64,000 nucleotides of DNA from Eledone cirrhosa (GCA_964016885.1 OZ024750.1:36642001-36706000), one strand, 5' to 3'. Numbered from the stretch's first letter, positions 48,596 through 62,722 are shown. Program-made: numbers and translations. Notes: generated by a model not told the origin, from the sequence alone.

Positions 48596-48693
48596 AAAAT
48601 TATAATCAACTAGCAGAAAACCACCCTTCGAGTGGTTTTCTGCTAGCATGTGTAGTGTGTATATTGATATTATACACAAATATATATGTAAAC

Positions 48694-48845
48694 GTGGTTG
48701 GTGTTAGGAAGGGCATCCAGCCATAGAAAACCTGCCAGACAGTCCTATACGAGCAAGACAACCAATCTTGACTCAAGTGGGACAATTCCCGTCTAAACCC
48801 ATACTAGCATGGAAGATAGACGTTAAACAATGATGATGATGATGA
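48694..48845 (+). mobile_element. RTE LINE 3' tail
   Basis: ggaagggcatccagc...gacgttaaacaa(tga)n. Confidence 0.75.
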
Positions 48846-49026
48846 TTATGTAAATAAAATCGTAATTGACAATATACACAGAAATTGAATGAAGACTGTG
48901 TTACACTGTCTTATGTAATCAGTAACGTAATCCATGATACATTTAGAAAAAGACGATATTATATATAAACTGCATTAGGAGAAAATTAATGGCGGAAATA
49001 TATGCGATTATAAGTGTTATAATATA

Positions 49027-49211
49027 ACTGTTTCTACTTTAGGCACAAGGCCAGCAATTAACCAGTACATTACTGGTACTTTATTTTATCGACCCCGTAA
49101 GGATGAAAGGCAAAGTTAACCTCGGCGGGATTTGAACTCAGACTGTAAAGGGATGTAACTATGCTAGAAAGTATGGCATCCAACCCTCTACCGATACTGC
49201 CAATTCACCGA
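49027..49211 (-). mobile_element. SINE family A
   Basis: Consensus match; tataagtgttata repeated on both flanks. Confidence 0.85.
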
Positions 49212-49368
49212 CCTATAAGTGTTATACTATAACTGCCGCTAACCGGAAGTGTTGACATTTGACAATTTTAAAGAAGTGAATCTTTAAATAAGCTATAAAA
49301 TATATTTAATCAACAGCCACGAAATTTAGTGGATAAATTATCTAATATTCATTCATTATTTATTCAAA

Positions 49369-49757
49369 GGCGGTGGATTGGCAGTATCGGTAGAGAGTCG
49401 GACGCCATGCTTTGACGCATAGAGTTACGGCCCTTGCCATTCTGAGTTCAAATCCCGTTGAGGTTAACTTTGCCTTTCATCCTTACGGGGTCGATAAAAT
49501 AAAGTACCAGTAATACACTGGGTAATTGCTGGCCTTGTGCCTAACGTAGAAACAATTATTTATTCAAAGACGGTGAATTGGCAATATCGATAGAGGGTCG
49601 GACGCCATGCTTTGACGCATAGAGTTACGGCCCTTGCCATTCTGAGTTCAAATCCCGCCGAGGTTAACTTTGCCTTTCATCCTTACGGGGTCGATAAAAT
49701 AAAGTACCAGTAATACACTGGGCAATTGCTGGCCTTGTGCCAAAAGTAGAAACAATT
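49369..49757 (+). mobile_element. SINE A head-to-tail dimer
   Basis: attatttattcaaag occurs before, between and after the copies. Confidence 0.85.
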
Positions 49758-50127
49758 ATTTATTCAAAGTAATCCAACTTATTTTACATATGGGGTAAAA
49801 TAATATATTCTCGGTGCAGTCCCGCACACCTTTCTTTATTATAGTTAAGATTTGGTGTGTTAACTGGCTTACCAATGTATACAGCGAGTTTATTTGCTCT
49901 AGGTGTCAGGAAGACACTCAGCATATAAAGGAAACAATACTGAAGGAAAAGGAGAAACAACAATAATTATTACTTATACATGAATCTAAGTGAAGTGTTT
50001 CCTCATATCTTTGATATGTGTATTTCATGTGTATATGTATGTGTGAGTATACATATAGGTTCATATGGAGTTATGCTTCCACACACAAATATATATTTAT
50101 TATACACACACACACATATATGAATGT

Positions 50128-50722
50128 ATCATCATCATCATCATCATCATCAACGTTTAACGTCCGTGTTCCACGCTTGCATGGGTTTGGACGGGGGTTT
50201 TCCCACTTGAGGGAAGAGTGATTGTCTTGCTCGCATAGGACTGTCTGGCGGGTTTTCTACGGCTGGATGCCCTTCCTAACACCAACCACATTTACAGTGT
50301 GGGGCTGGGAGGTTTTTACCGTGTTGCCTACACGGCCACATTACAGCGTGGACTGTGTGTTTTTTTGTCGTGACACCTACACGATCTCATTTGTTTCGGC
50401 CTGGATGTTGTGGCACCAACATAACTTTACATTGAAAGGGGTGGTGTGGATGGGTGGGGGTGGTGGGACGGGGGTGTATTTTGTTAGAGATGCCTACTGA
50501 CTGTAGTAGGTTTTACTTTGTATTTAGGTAAGACGGGTCTTCTCTATTACTGAGTACCGCCAAAGATCTCGGTCCAGTGACATTGTCTTGGAGAGGTGTA
50601 AGTGTGTGAGGTCGGAATTTATCAGCTCGTCCCAGGTTTTTCTGGGTCTGACTCTTCCGTGGCTACCGTCTATCTTTATTGCCCTGCACTTTGCTATACA
50701 GCTGTCGTCTTTCATGCGCATG
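50128..50722 (-). mobile_element. RTE LINE 3' end (subfamily 1)
   Basis: Matches 13572-14155. Confidence 0.9.
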
Positions 50723-52337
50723 TATTGTATATTTACCAATATAATATATGTTTATTTTAAAACATTTTGAAGGCCTTTCACTATGATTATTTAAGGTAGT
50801 GTCTGACATCACATACCTAGCTTCAGTAAAAAACAAAGGGAAGTAATTGATGGCCACCGTTTCTCACTTCTTAGTGGTTATCAAGACTACATATCCCTCC
50901 ATTTTTGCTGAAGCTATCGAAGCTGGATTCTTATAGAATTCCAATTATGTTTATGAGCTGTTGAAACTCATTTGCATACAGGATCCTTCATTTGTGTCAA
51001 TGGCACGACAGCCTTCCTGTTGGGAATCTACATGATAAATGCCCCAGTACATTTTGTAAAGTGCTTGACGATAAGAAAGGTATCCAACTATAGAAAGTTT
51101 GCCAAACAAAAGGTTGGGAGGATCCTTCAGTTGTATCAAAGACGTGAGAACCTTGTTAATGCTGGTGATCTACATGATAACTGCACCCAGTAAAGTGGCT
51201 TGTTATATGAAGTACATTCATCCATAAGAAACTTGTCAAAGAAAGGGTCGATAAGACCCTTCAGCTGTGTGCAAAGGCATAACAATCTCCCTAGTGCTGG
51301 TGCCACAATAAAATGCACTCAGTAGAATGTGACATTGTCTGTAAGCAAGATCTAGGTCCGTGGACCATCTAAGAGGTCAGTAGCTCCACTTGACTACTGA
51401 CTCAGTCTGTGAATGAAGATGCACCAATCTTGTTAGCTGGTAAAATGAATGTTAAATGAGGATGATGATGATGACATATGATTAAAATATTTTAATCTTT
51501 TAACTTCTGTCTTTTAACTTACTTGCCGCTGTAGTGCTTACTTTCTGAAGTATAAATCATTTGAAAATGTCTTGTTCATCTAAATTATATTCTAATTACA
51601 ACTTTAAACAATTCACTAACCTATGATTATTTATTTACATTTTATTGCTTATGAATTTGTATATAGAAGGGGTAGGATCATGTAGCTCGGTGTATTTTAT
51701 TTGATTTCAACCATAACAACTGCTGTCAAACTCCATGTGCTTCTGATTAATGTTGCCTTCCTGTAGTAAAATATACACTGCAGAAACATCCGTTTGACAC
51801 AGAAGTTGAAGCTAGTTTATGCTGGAGTCTTTTCAGTCTTTAACAGTAATAATATTGTACTTTGAAATCGGGAGGAAATGAACGTTTGCTTCAGTGAAAT
51901 TAATTATGATATTCGGTAAAAATTATTCTGAGCAAGAATAATGGTCAGATAGGTAAATGTGAGGAGACAGGAAGTAAAAGCAATTTCTCTATTCTAAATC
52001 AATGAGAGGAGAATGCTTCAATGATTGCAGGTAAATCAGTCAGGTGAGATTAGTTGAAGATCAAAACTTGTTTGGCTACATAAAAATTTAGTTATTAATG
52101 ACATGTTTTTCACTATAGAAGTATGTGTTAAGTAGAAATTTAGAGTCATTGGTGAGTAAATAAGACTGCTAAATATGTGTTTCAAGTAATGGTTCAATGA
52201 ACAATATAGTGGAATAGTAAATTACTACATGACATGTAGTAAATATAGAAAAACAAACATTGAATATAGAGAGCTAATAAAAATATTTAGGTATTTATAT
52301 AGCCCACATTACACAGGCAAAAAATAGAATTTATATA

Positions 52338-52383
<46 letters not shown>

Positions 52384-52387
<4 letters not shown>

Positions 52388-52855
52388 GTTAGTTGACCAG
52401 GTCATTAAGGTCATAGAAAGAGTTCTTATTCAACTGATTAGAGACCGAATTGATCTAGATGAAATGTTTGGGTTTGTGCCAGGTAAAAGTACCATGGATG
52501 CTCTTTTCCTTGTACGGCAACTACAGGAGAAGTACCTAGCTAAAAGTAAACCCCTCTACTTAGCTTTTGTTGACTTGGAGAAAACCTTTGACAGAGTCCC
52601 CCACTCCTTAATCTGGTAGGCTCTTAGAAAACTAGGAGTAGGTGAGTGGCTTGTGAGAGCTATACAAGTTATGTATAGAGGAACAGTCAGCAAGGTTAGA
52701 ATTAACAATGAATATAGTGATGAATTTAGCGAAATAGTAGGGGTTCATCAAGGCTCCATCCTTAGCCCCCTCCTGTCTATTATTGTCCTTCAGGCTATAA
52801 CAGAGGAGTTTAAGACGGGCTGCTCATGAGGACTTCTATATGTAGATGAGCTAAC
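52384..52855 (+). mobile_element. RTE LINE RT fragment
   Basis: FGFVPGKSTMDA, LAFVDLEKTFD, GVHQGSILSP, LLYVDE; contains in-frame stops. Confidence 0.85.
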
Positions 52856-52913
52856 TCACATAGCTTTAATTTACCTTTGAATTTTATAATCCTAATTTTT
52901 CTTTATTATTTAT

Positions 52914-53597
52914 GGCCGTATCGGTAGAGGGTCGAACACCATGCTTTGCAGCACAGTTACCTCCCTTTACGGACTGAGTTCAAAACCCGCCGAGGTTAAC
53001 TTTGCCTTTCATCCTTAAGGGGTCGATAAAATAAAGTACCAGTAATACACTGGGATAATTGCTGGCCTTGTGCCAAAAGTAGAAACAATTATTTAGTATA
53101 AATCCTGCCGAGGTTGACTTTGCCTTTCATCCTTAGGGGTCGATAAAATAAAGTACCAGTAATGCACTGGGTAATTGCTGGCCTTGTGCCTAAAGTAGAA
53201 ACAATTATTTAGTATAAAGGCAGTGGATTGGCAGTATCGGTAGAGGGTTGGACGTCATGCTTTGACGCATAGAGTTACGCCCCTTGCCATTCTGAGTTCA
53301 AATCCCGCCGAGGTTAACTTTGCCTTTCATCCTTACAGGGTCGATAAAATAAAGTACCAGTAATACACTGGGATTATTGCTGGCCTTGTTGCAAAAATAG
53401 AAACAATTATTTAGTATTGGCAGTATCGGAAGAGGGTTGGATGCCATGCCTTCCAGCATAGAGTTATGCCCCTTTATGGTCTGAGTTCAAATCCCGCCGA
53501 GGTTAACTTTGCCTTTCATCCTTACGGGGTCGATAAAATGAAGTACCAGTAATACACTGGGATAATTGCTGGCTGTGTGTCAATAGTAGCAACAATT
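52914..53597 (+). mobile_element. Four tandem SINE A copies
   Basis: Units separated by attatttagt(a). Confidence 0.85.
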
Positions 53598-54119
53598 ATT
53601 TAGTTTCAATATGATTATTGCTTCCTAAAATATTTTTCTTTGGTATAAAATATATATATTTTTTAGTAAAGTATCTATTTTAAGCTAATATGATTACGTC
53701 AAATTGACGAATCTAATTACGTCAAATTTTAAATTTCAAAAACACTAAGTCCAACTGTTTTAACATCTCCTGTGTTGGGGCTTTTTCCTAATCATATGCT
53801 TGGTTTTCACCGATCTATCCAGCTTGTTTGACAGCCAGTATATCAAAAGAAACCTGCATCTCCTATGCATTTTATTTGACGAGAACATGTTTTGGATTAT
53901 GTTAAACATAAGCCTTGCATCTTCGAAGTATGTATAATAAGATAGAGATGATCTGAAGTAACTCTCTCTCACAGCAACTACCTCAGTTATCATTGTCATC
54001 ATCATCACCACCACCATCGCCTTCTGCTACATCAACTGCTGGTAGTGGACCACTGCTCTCTCTCCCTCCTACCACTCTCACAGCATCCACCACAGTTATC
54101 ATCATCACCACCACCACTG

Positions 54120-54240
54120 CAAAAAAGCACCCAGCGCTCACTGTAAATGAGGTTGGTGTTAGGAAGGGCATCCAGCTGTAGAAATCAAGCCAGAATCAGT
54201 TCCCGTCCTACCCTTGCAAGCAGGGAAAAGCGGACGTAAA

Positions 54241-54271
<31 letters not shown>
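54120..54271 (+). mobile_element. SINE B tail
   Basis: Consensus tail with (tga)n. Confidence 0.8.
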
Positions 54272-54272
<1 letters not shown>

Positions 54273-54494
54273 CTGATGAGAGCGTGCCAAAGTTTTTTTG
54301 GTACCCTTGAAATATATATAATAAAATAAATATGGTTTTATAAATATAGTTTCCATTTATTAACATCACTGATATTATACTCCAGGAAACTTGTCGAGTG
54401 CTTTGAATCTGTTATAATAAATTTATTAAATTACCAGCAAATTAAATATATCTTTGCTTATATATATATATATATATATTTATAAAATCACCAT

Positions 54495-54797
54495 CATCCT
54501 TATCATCATCGTTTAACGTCTATCTGCCACGCAAGCATGGGTTTAGACGGGAGTTGTCCTACTTGAGGCAAGAATGGTCGGGTGACCATGTCACGCTCAT
54601 GTAGGACTGTCTGGCAGGTTTTCTACAGCTGGATGCCCTTCCTAACACCAACCACATTTACAGTGTGGAACTGGGAAGTTTTTACCATGTTACCTACACT
54701 GCTGCTTGATTTTATCAAACCCGAAAGGAAAAATAAAATAAAGTACCAGTAATGCACTGGGGAAATTGCTGTCCTTGTGCCAAAAGTAGAAACAATT
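54495..54797. mobile_element. RTE 3' tail (minus) abutting a SINE A 3' fragment (plus)
   Basis: Matches to the respective consensus sequences. Confidence 0.7.
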
Positions 54798-55754
54798 ATT
54801 ACCATCATCATCCCCATTACATCTATCATAATGATGATAATGATAGTGATGGTGATAAACGAAGTAATATAACTGCAAATATAACAAACAAAAGCAGGAA
54901 CAGAAGATATAACCACATAATGATATAACCACAAATAAAGAGACAAAAGTCAAAACAAAATCATGATAGATGAAAACTGTAAACCTCAAACGAATGGTAC
55001 ACTACATACACATTATCTTATCTGGAATATAAGCCAAACTAACATTAATGAAGAACTTTAAGTGCAATTTATCAAAGTAATACTTTTCCTCATAAAATTA
55101 TGTTCTACAATTCTTTCTGGCATTCTACATGTCTAAATGAATACTTGGAAATATTTACATGACATATTCTTGCCATCTGAGTTTTTGTTTATATTTCTGT
55201 CAAATATCTTTATAGCAGAAAATTAAATCTGACACAACTGTAGCTTTGGTTTTTCTCTTTTGGGTTTCTTTCTTTCTCCCCTCCCTTCTTTCTTCCTTTT
55301 TTTCTTTCTTTCTTTCGTTACTTTAAAAGTTTAAAGGTTAAGATTAAGAACTAAAAGTGAGAAGTACTTTTACATTTTAGATTTTGTAAATTTTATCAGG
55401 CTATTCTAAATTTATTCCAAGTAATTAGTAGTCTTGTAAATTAAATGAATGTGAGTAACATATTTAATTTAACTAAAATATCAAATATCAATAATATCAT
55501 TCCATCTCATATTCAATCAATTAGTTATAATTCTAATCATATTATCTAATCAATGAATGGTAGACGCCAGTGAAAATTATATTTTGTAAATAGATATATA
55601 AGATATAAAAAACAAATTCAATACAACAAATTAAATTCATTAAGGAATATGTCAAAGAGAAGTTCAACAATGCAAGCAGGGAAAAAAAGCGGATGCAAAA
55701 TGAAATGATGATGATGATGAGAGAAAGAAAAACAAAGATTTCAGAATCAATATA

Positions 55755-55965
55755 TAAGGAGGTGTTGAAAAGTTCCTGACCTTTGGGTAAAAGAAAATCC
55801 AGAAGGATTAGTTAATTATGATTTTATTCAACATATTCCCCTCTCAGATTCCTGCAGTAGTGCCTCAGTTTTTCTAAGCCCTACAAAAAGAACTCGGAAG
55901 GTTCAGCCTCCAACCAAGCTTCTTAAATACCCTTAAAGACAGGAACTTTTCAGCACCCACTCATG
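55755..55965. mobile_element. Tc1/mariner-type MITE
   Basis: Inverted ends ggtgttgaaaagttcctg and caggaacttttcagcacc. Confidence 0.65.
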
Positions 55966-56496
55966 AATTTATAGCCATGTGTATCAGGATAAGTAGTTAA
56001 AAACTCTCAGGAGAGATGGACAGCAGATGGTCTTTAAAGAAGAAGCCCCCCCCCCCTACTTGATCAAGTCTTTTGGCCCTTAACTTCTGGGTTAAAATAA
56101 TTACACTGTATCCCTGTGTGTCACAAGAAGTTACTAAAAATGTTTGCATCAGGAAAGGCATCAAGCTGTAGAATATTGCCCAACACATGCCAACATGGAA
56201 GAGTTGAGAGGAAAATGATGATGAAGAATCTTTACAAATGTCTTGGTGGTAGACTTAATGTGTTACCAGGTTTAGCACCACCAAAGTGACAAGAAGCTGG
56301 AATGAAGGATATAAAATAAATAAGTAAGTAGTGATGTTATAGATTCTGTATAGGTGATTAAATCTCACCATTATAAAAAGATGTATACACATTTTGATTA
56401 TCTGTGCAGGTAATGTATTAGAATGGTGTATACATTTTGGGGGGAACCCCTGTATTTATGTTAGACTAGTTTAAGTAACCAATATTTAGTTTAAAA

Positions 56497-56806
56497 GGCG
56501 GTGAATTGGCAGAGTCATTAGAATGTTGGATAGAATGCTTTTTTGTTATTCGTTTTGGCTCTCTGCTCAATTCCCACCGAGGTCAACTTTGCCTTTCATC
56601 ATTTCAAGGTCGATAAAAAAAATACCAGTATACTACTGGGCTGAATTTTTCATCTATATCTTTCTCATTTACTCTCTCTCACTTTCTATCTTTCTCTGGA
56701 AGAAATCTGCTGTACTCAGGCCTGGAGAGGGATGGGCTCCAGCAGGCTTAAAAAATGCCCAAGAAACAGTGTCAATACGGCACTCCTATCAGGAATTAAG
56801 GGACCA
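56497..56806 (+). mobile_element. SINE family C
   Basis: Aligns with 34225-34545; ends atcaggaattaagggacc. Confidence 0.7.
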
Positions 56807-56883
56807 TATATATTTAGTTTATTAAAATGTTGAAGTTTTATCCATTAGAAGTTAGTAGAGCCGTTATGTAAGCATGCAACTTA

Positions 56884-57800
56884 TCTATATATATAAAACT
56901 GAGGATGTCTGTCTGTGTGTGTGTGAGTTCGAATCCCTAAAACTCGAAAACCACCCAACTGTTTTCAAACTTTACACATGTAATACTTATGTTTCAGGGA
57001 ATGTTCTGAGCAAAAATTTTTAATTTTCAATGCCCTAGGGACCGCATTAGGCGATTTAGCGATCTCGCTCTATAATTCTTAGCCTTTCTCTTTTTAGATA
57101 GATACATACATATAACGTCGCGTCCTTATAATATCTGTCTGTATGTCTGCTGTCTGCATTACGTCACTTCCCTGAGGATGTCTGTCTGTGTGTTGCTGTG
57201 AGTTTGAATCCCTAAAACTCAAGAAGTACCCCGCCGATTATTTTCAAACTTTACATGTGTATTACTTATGTTTCAGGGAGTGTTATGCACATAAAAAAAT
57301 TCAGCTTTTTTTTATCTCCTAGGACCCGCATTAGGTGGAAAAACTGCGTTTTTTAAGATTTTTAGGGGTTTTTTGAGGCGTTACGTCAGACCGATTTCCT
57401 TGAAATTGTAACTATGTATTAGTCAGTCTCTTCTTCATACCATAAGCAAAGAAAATCCAACTTTCTTATGGCCTAGGGCCCGCATTAGGTGAAAAACTTC
57501 ATTTTTTCAGCTTCTTAAGGCTTTTTGGAGGCGTTACATCTAGCTGATTTTCCCGAAATTTAAAGGCATATTATACACATAAAAAAATTCATCTTCTTGA
57601 TCCCTTAGGGCCCGCATTAGGTGAAAACCTGCATTTTTCCTGCTTCATCGAGGAAAATCTTAAATATTATCCACCCATCAGAGTATTTGGTTTATTTTCT
57701 TTACACATTGTCCAGGCATGCAGTTTTTCCACGATTAGGTCTGCTGGCGGCCCGCGTTCCAAAATACCTTATCCCGTGCAACGCCGGGTACCACTGCTAG
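56884..57800 (+). mobile_element. Non-autonomous Helitron with two head modules
   Basis: A|TC ... cccgtgcaacgccggg-taccactg-CTAG|T; second ctgaggatgtctgtctg head at 57172. Confidence 0.9.
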
Positions 57801-58016
57801 TTATTAATAATAGAAGAATCCTTAAATTATATCCTACCATTTTTGTTAAAATACATATCTAATTATTTGGCCATTGGTACAGTTTGCATAGAAAAAAGAT
57901 TCGGACAGTCATGGTTGGAATGTCCTTGATAATGTCTCAGTTAGAGGCCCAATAATAACAGTAGCAGCAGCAGCGAATATTTATTAATTTGATATGAATT
58001 CTTGTTATAGTTTAAT

Positions 58017-58285
58017 AAGTTGGTGAATTGGCAGAGTCGTTAAGACGTCGGATAGAATGCTTTATGGCATTCAGCCCACCTCATTGTGTACTCTGAGTTC
58101 AAATCCTGCCAGGGTCAACTTTACCTTTCATCCTTTCGAGGTCGATAAAAAAGTACCAGTCCTCTGCAGGAAAAGTTGGCTATGTTCAAACCTGGAGAGG
58201 GTTCGCCTCCGCCAGGTTTAAAAGTAACCTAGACATGCCGTTTGACAGTGCCTCTACAACTCCACAAGGAGTTATGGGACCTTTA
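58017..58285 (+). mobile_element. SINE family C
   Basis: tRNA-like head and core; tail ctccacaaggagttatgggacc. Confidence 0.7.
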
Positions 58286-58429
58286 TCCTTATAGTTTAAT
58301 TACCAGGCAAATTGTATAAAATTTCAATAAGAATAAATTGTTCATATCCATAACCCTGATTAACAGTATAGATATACCTTCGTTTATGTCATTTCTAATT
58401 TTGTTATTCTCGAAGTTACAGTGATTTTA

Positions 58430-58590
58430 CTTAGTATTGAAGCTGTGATCTCTCAATTCGGAGAAGTAACAGCTCTACCTGGAGTAACTCTCTGATCTCC
58501 GAGCTATGCACTTTATCGAGTAACGTTACTCCAAAGACTCTTCGGAGGAATCCCATTTTGACCACTTGTATTCGCGATTGTATTCTTTCA
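58430..58590 (-). mobile_element. RTE-clade LINE fragment (third lineage)
   Basis: Hand translation RIQVVKMGFLRRVFGVTLLDKVHSSEIRELLQVELLLLRIERSQL. Confidence 0.65.
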
Positions 58591-60230
58591 TTTTATTCAT
58601 AAAATTAGAAATGTTATTGTTCTGTTGTTATCTTTCCATTTTATACTTAAACCAATGACATCTAATGGCTGCCATAATTTATTTAAACCTTTATCGATAA
58701 TGTAATCAAGTGTTTAAAAATGAAATATTTCTATATTTTGTTATCAATACTTATTTTTGTAAGTTTAGTGTAATAAACTTTTGATTTTATAATGATTTGT
58801 AGTGTATTTTGTATTGTGTCACACAACAGTTTACAATGTGTCTTATATTCCATTGTGTATTAACAGTTTAATAGATGGAAGTGTTTTTAGAAATGCTATT
58901 AATATAAAGTATGTTTACAGCCATGATTTTCAATTCTCAATTTAGAAATGTATTATATATAAGCAGTGAGCTGTATTTCATTAGTAGCCACTTGTTGAGA
59001 TAATTAAATTGTGACAAGCAACTAATTTCCTCATGAGATAGACCAATAATGAACCTTTTCCAATTTTCCAGAGTAATTTTATATCACAAATTTAATATAT
59101 ATAAAAATGTTCAATATATTTTAAATGTTTTAATTTTAAATTTATTATACTTATATGTATAAATTTATCTTGTTCAACTCATATTAGTTATTGCTTTAAA
59201 TTTTTACCCTTATTTTCAAAATTGGTTAATTTTTTTATTACATAAAATTGAAAATACTTCTTCGAAGATAATAGATTAAATAAGAACATAGAAGAAAACA
59301 ATGCTGAAGTCATAATTCTTACAGAATCAACATATAGTGACCTGAATCAGAAAATGAGTAAAATTATAGAAGCCAAATTATTATGGGAGGATTCCTAAGT
59401 GATGCCAAGAACATGACAACCTCTCTAGTGATCTACACATTAAATGTACCCACTACATGCTGTAAAGTGGTTGATGATAGGAAGGGCATCCAGTCGTACA
59501 AAGCTTGCCAAACAAAGGATTGGAAAGACCCTAAGTTGTGTCAAAGACATAACTTCTATTATACTCTCAATAGAATGTTAGACTGTACATATGCGAAACA
59601 TAGATCCCATGACCCTCTCAGGAATAAGTGAGAAAAGAAATTGTTGTCTAAGAACAATAAAAAATGCTTTTGGGTTGATTTTAAACCCTTTTAAATAGTA
59701 TTTTTATAGACAGAATCTCTCAACTTATGTCATTGTTAATGTGATTAATACACATCCTATCCAGGGTGGAGTCTTGTACTCTCAATCGCTTCAAGCCATG
59801 ATAAGCACCAGCTCAATGCACTGCACTAGGGCACACATGCATGCACCAGTTATGTACTAAAATCAATATAATCGATTTTCCCTTCCCCAAATTGCTAACC
59901 TTGTGCCAATGTTAGAAAGAATTATTCTTGTTTTCTTATTACTGGAATCTCTCAAGTGACCAATCATATATATCAAATGTTAGCACAACTAATAGAACTA
60001 TGGCATGCATTGTTTGTTATTGATTTTGATATACAAGAAACATCCTATTGCCATATATACTTTTTAGTTTATGTTTTTTACTAATTCTATTCTAGTTTAC
60101 AATTGAAAAAGGCAGTTTTGTTTATCCAATACTGTATTAACAACAGTAACAAGATTAGAAATGATAAAGATAGATAATAAAATGTTCAGAATATATTCCA
60201 ATTCTGAGCTATAAAGATATATTATTTATT

Positions 60231-60445
60231 GCAGTGGATTGGAAGAATCGGTGGAGCATTGCACAACGTGCTTTGCAGCATAGAGTTTTGGCTCTTTATG
60301 TTCTTAGTTCAAATCCCACCAAGGTTTGCTTTCTCTTTTATCCTTACAGGGTTGATAAAATAAAGTCCCAGTAATGCACTGGAGTCGATTTAATTGACTG
60401 CCCCCTACCCAAAATTGTTGGCCCTGTGCTTAAATCAGAAACCAT
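60231..60445 (+). mobile_element. SINE family A, diverged
   Basis: Consensus match. Confidence 0.75.
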
Positions 60446-60589
60446 TATCATCGAGTTAGTTCCAATACTGTTAATTTTGCTTTCCATTCTTACCAGGTCG
60501 ATTACCCATAATGCACTGGGGTCAATTTAATCATTTTTCCCCTTCCCCAAAATTATTGACTTTGTGTCTAACTAAGAGACCATTATTAG

Positions 60590-62615
60590 GATTGTTGGTG
60601 AGCTTCAGCGATCTTAAGTCAGCTCTCACCACCTCCACCCATGATTTTCGTGGTCTTCTTCTACTGTGTCTTCCTTCCACTGGGATTTCTTGACACTTCT
60701 TCACCCAGCGGTCATCCTCCATGCGCATCACATGTCCATACCATCTCAGTCTTCTCTCCCACACACTACAGCTTATCTCTCTTATACACAGTTTCTCTCT
60801 CAACTCATCTATGCTTATTCGTTTGCACACATTGGCATTGCACATCCAACGGACAATGCTTGCTTCATTTCTCTTCATCCGTCGCATATCCTCCGCAATT
60901 ACTGCCCATGACTCACTACCATGCAGCATCGTGCATCTCACACAAGCATCATATAACCAGCCTTTCATTCATAGCGAGAAACCCTTCTTTGTCAACAGAG
61001 GAAGCAGCTTCCTAAACTTCTTCCAACCCATCCTTATTCTAGATACTATAGCCTCAGAGCACCCTCCTCCCTTGCTAATCTGATCACCTAGGTATCAGAA
61101 GCTATCAACCACCTCTATAGATCCTACCTGCATTTGAAAAATGTGTCTATCACTGCAACATCTACTGCATACATAGTTTTCCCTACCTCTTAGTTTGCCT
61201 GCTATCCCACTACATCTTTTGTGTACCCAAGATCTGCATTGTGTACATTCTATAGAATGTATGTCAACTCCTTATCTACATGTTGAACATGGCCATTTTC
61301 CTGATAGAATCAGGCTTTCAACACTTAAGTCTTAGCTAGGTTCACTCTCAGTCCTCTTGATTCCAACTGCTGTTTCCATAGCCAGAATTTATTCTCTAGG
61401 TCCTCTACTGATTCTGCTATATGTACCAGATAGTCAGCATAGAGAGGTTCCCATAGGCAGCCAGGCTTAAATTGTTCTGTTATGGCTTGGAGTACTATAA
61501 TGAATAAGAGTGGGCTGAGGACCAAACCCTGATGCACTCCTACTTGTATCTGGAATTCCTCACTAAACTCCATTCCTAGCTTGCACTGTCCTCACAAGCC
61601 ATTCCTCTACACCTAGTTTCCTTAGGTACCACCAGATGACAGATCGGGATACTCTATCAAAGGCCTTCTCTAGGTCAACAAAAGCTAAGTATAGTGGCTT
61701 ATTCTTCTCTAAGAACCTCTCTTGTAGTTGTCTCACTAAGAAGAGAGCATCTGTTGTACTTTTCCCAGGCCCAAAACCAAAGTGCATCTCATCTAATTTG
61801 ACCCTTTTTCTAATTAGTTTCGCTAATATTCTTTCTGTCATTTTCATAACCTGATCCATCAGCTTTATGCCCATATAATTGCTCCTCTCCAGAGCATCCC
61901 CTTTGTAGCAATTTATAAGAATACTGCTGCACCAGTCTTTGAGTATGATTCCGCCATATAGAGCTTGATTGACGATGCGTGCAACCAGTTTAGTTCCTAC
62001 TACTCTTGATGCTTTCAGCATCTCAGCAACTATCCATGACAGTCCAATGGCCTTACCATTCTTCATTTCCTTAATTGCCTCTTGTACCCTATAGTCGTCA
62101 ATCTTAATAGCTGGTCCCTCTGTCGAGTCTACTGGGGGTAATTTCTCTCTCTCCCATTTGTTCTCCACATTCATCAGTCTCTCATAATGACATTTCCAGG
62201 CCTCGTTTTATTTATCATTCGTGACACTAAGTACACTGGCATCATTTCGAACACACTTATCTCCAACAACATCTGATTTACACTGACACACTGTCTTGCA
62301 ATGCAGAACACCGCACATCTCTGATCTTCTTGTCGCAGAACATTGGCAAACCTTCTACTCTCAGCTTCCCTGTGTGTTAAGTATACCTGATGCCTAGCCT
62401 CTCTTTTAGCGACTGAGTATCGGTTTCTACTCCCCCCATTTTGCCAAGACTTCCATACTAGATTTTTGTCTTTAATCCCTCTATCTACCATGCTGTTCCA
62501 CCACCAGGTCAGTTCAGTAGCCTGAAGTAAGTTGTCACATAAGAAATTCAAGTTATCATCTATGTCATACGATTCTAAATCGTCTTCTTTTTCGTCGTAC
62601 ACATCTTGAAGGGCT
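60590..62615 (-). mobile_element. RTE LINE ORF2 relic (RT domain, PHD-like insert, C-terminus)
   Basis: KGDALERSNY, FVDLEKAFD, GVHQGLVLSP, LYADY, NLAKT, LHGSESW, RRLRWYGHV across frameshifts. Confidence 0.9.
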
Positions 62616-62722
62616 TTCCAGTTTGTTTATTTTCCATGCTTGAATGGATTAGATAGGTTTTCACATTGTGAGGCTCGACAAGTCAGGTCAGCTCCTCTCA
62701 TTCACATATTCCATTCTAGCGT

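Noticed and set aside
54273-54279. CTGATGA occurrences here and at 48182
   Set aside because: No GAAA or stems; part of a (gat)n tail and of a coding relic respectively.
59262-59398. Short open frame FEDNRLNKNIEENNAEV...
   Set aside because: No splice acceptor or recognisable domain; expected by chance.
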